Source: Bugula neritina
Taxonomy: Eukaryota > Animalia > Bryozoa
DNA length: 64,000 bases
NCBI GenBank assembly: GCA_964035545.1
Contig: OZ037771.1
Span: forward strand, 8,921,408 to 8,985,407
Direction: 5' to 3'
The translations under genes were made by a program, and so were the position numbers. Below, piece after piece: positions 63,147 to 64,000 of this stretch. The notes under the pieces are model-generated. The model was not told where the DNA came from. It saw only the letters and a program-made list of their open reading frames with translations, and searched no databases. How positions within the stretch are numbered: the first letter of the stretch is position 1; each line of letters begins with the position of its first letter.

Positions 63147-64000
<854 letters not shown>

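Overview
AT-rich, intron-containing animal (invertebrate) genomic DNA; most entries in the ORF track are artefacts of microsatellites or antisense frames. By following splice sites and codon phases by hand I reconstructed four conserved host genes: a PA-TM-RING E3 ligase (RNF13/RNF167 family, minus strand, 10 exons, 499 aa), a Na+/K+-ATPase beta subunit (plus, 7 exons, 311 aa), very-long-chain acyl-CoA dehydrogenase (ACADVL, plus, 14 exons, 633 aa, one GC-AG intron) and a METTL7/TMT1-like methyltransferase (minus, 2 exons, 250 aa). Two orphan-looking spliced genes are also proposed. From 47.6 to 60.6 kb is a mobile-element block. It holds an intact single-ORF APE-RT LINE (Rex1/Babar-like) inserted with a 5-bp TSD into a decayed RTE LINE. 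Next to it is an 8.76-kb internally deleted, pseudogenised Maverick/Polinton (adintovirus-like endogenous virus) with AG...CT TIRs, a 6-bp TSD and relics of pPolB, integrase-chromodomain, penton, core protein, major capsid and protease, plus an unassigned intron-containing gene. tRNA-derived SINEs, two MITE families and a long inverted repeat are scattered elsewhere. The most unusual pattern is that four unrelated intronic minisatellites are each tandem copies of the adjacent exon-intron junction. All family assignments come from motif recognition, not database searches.
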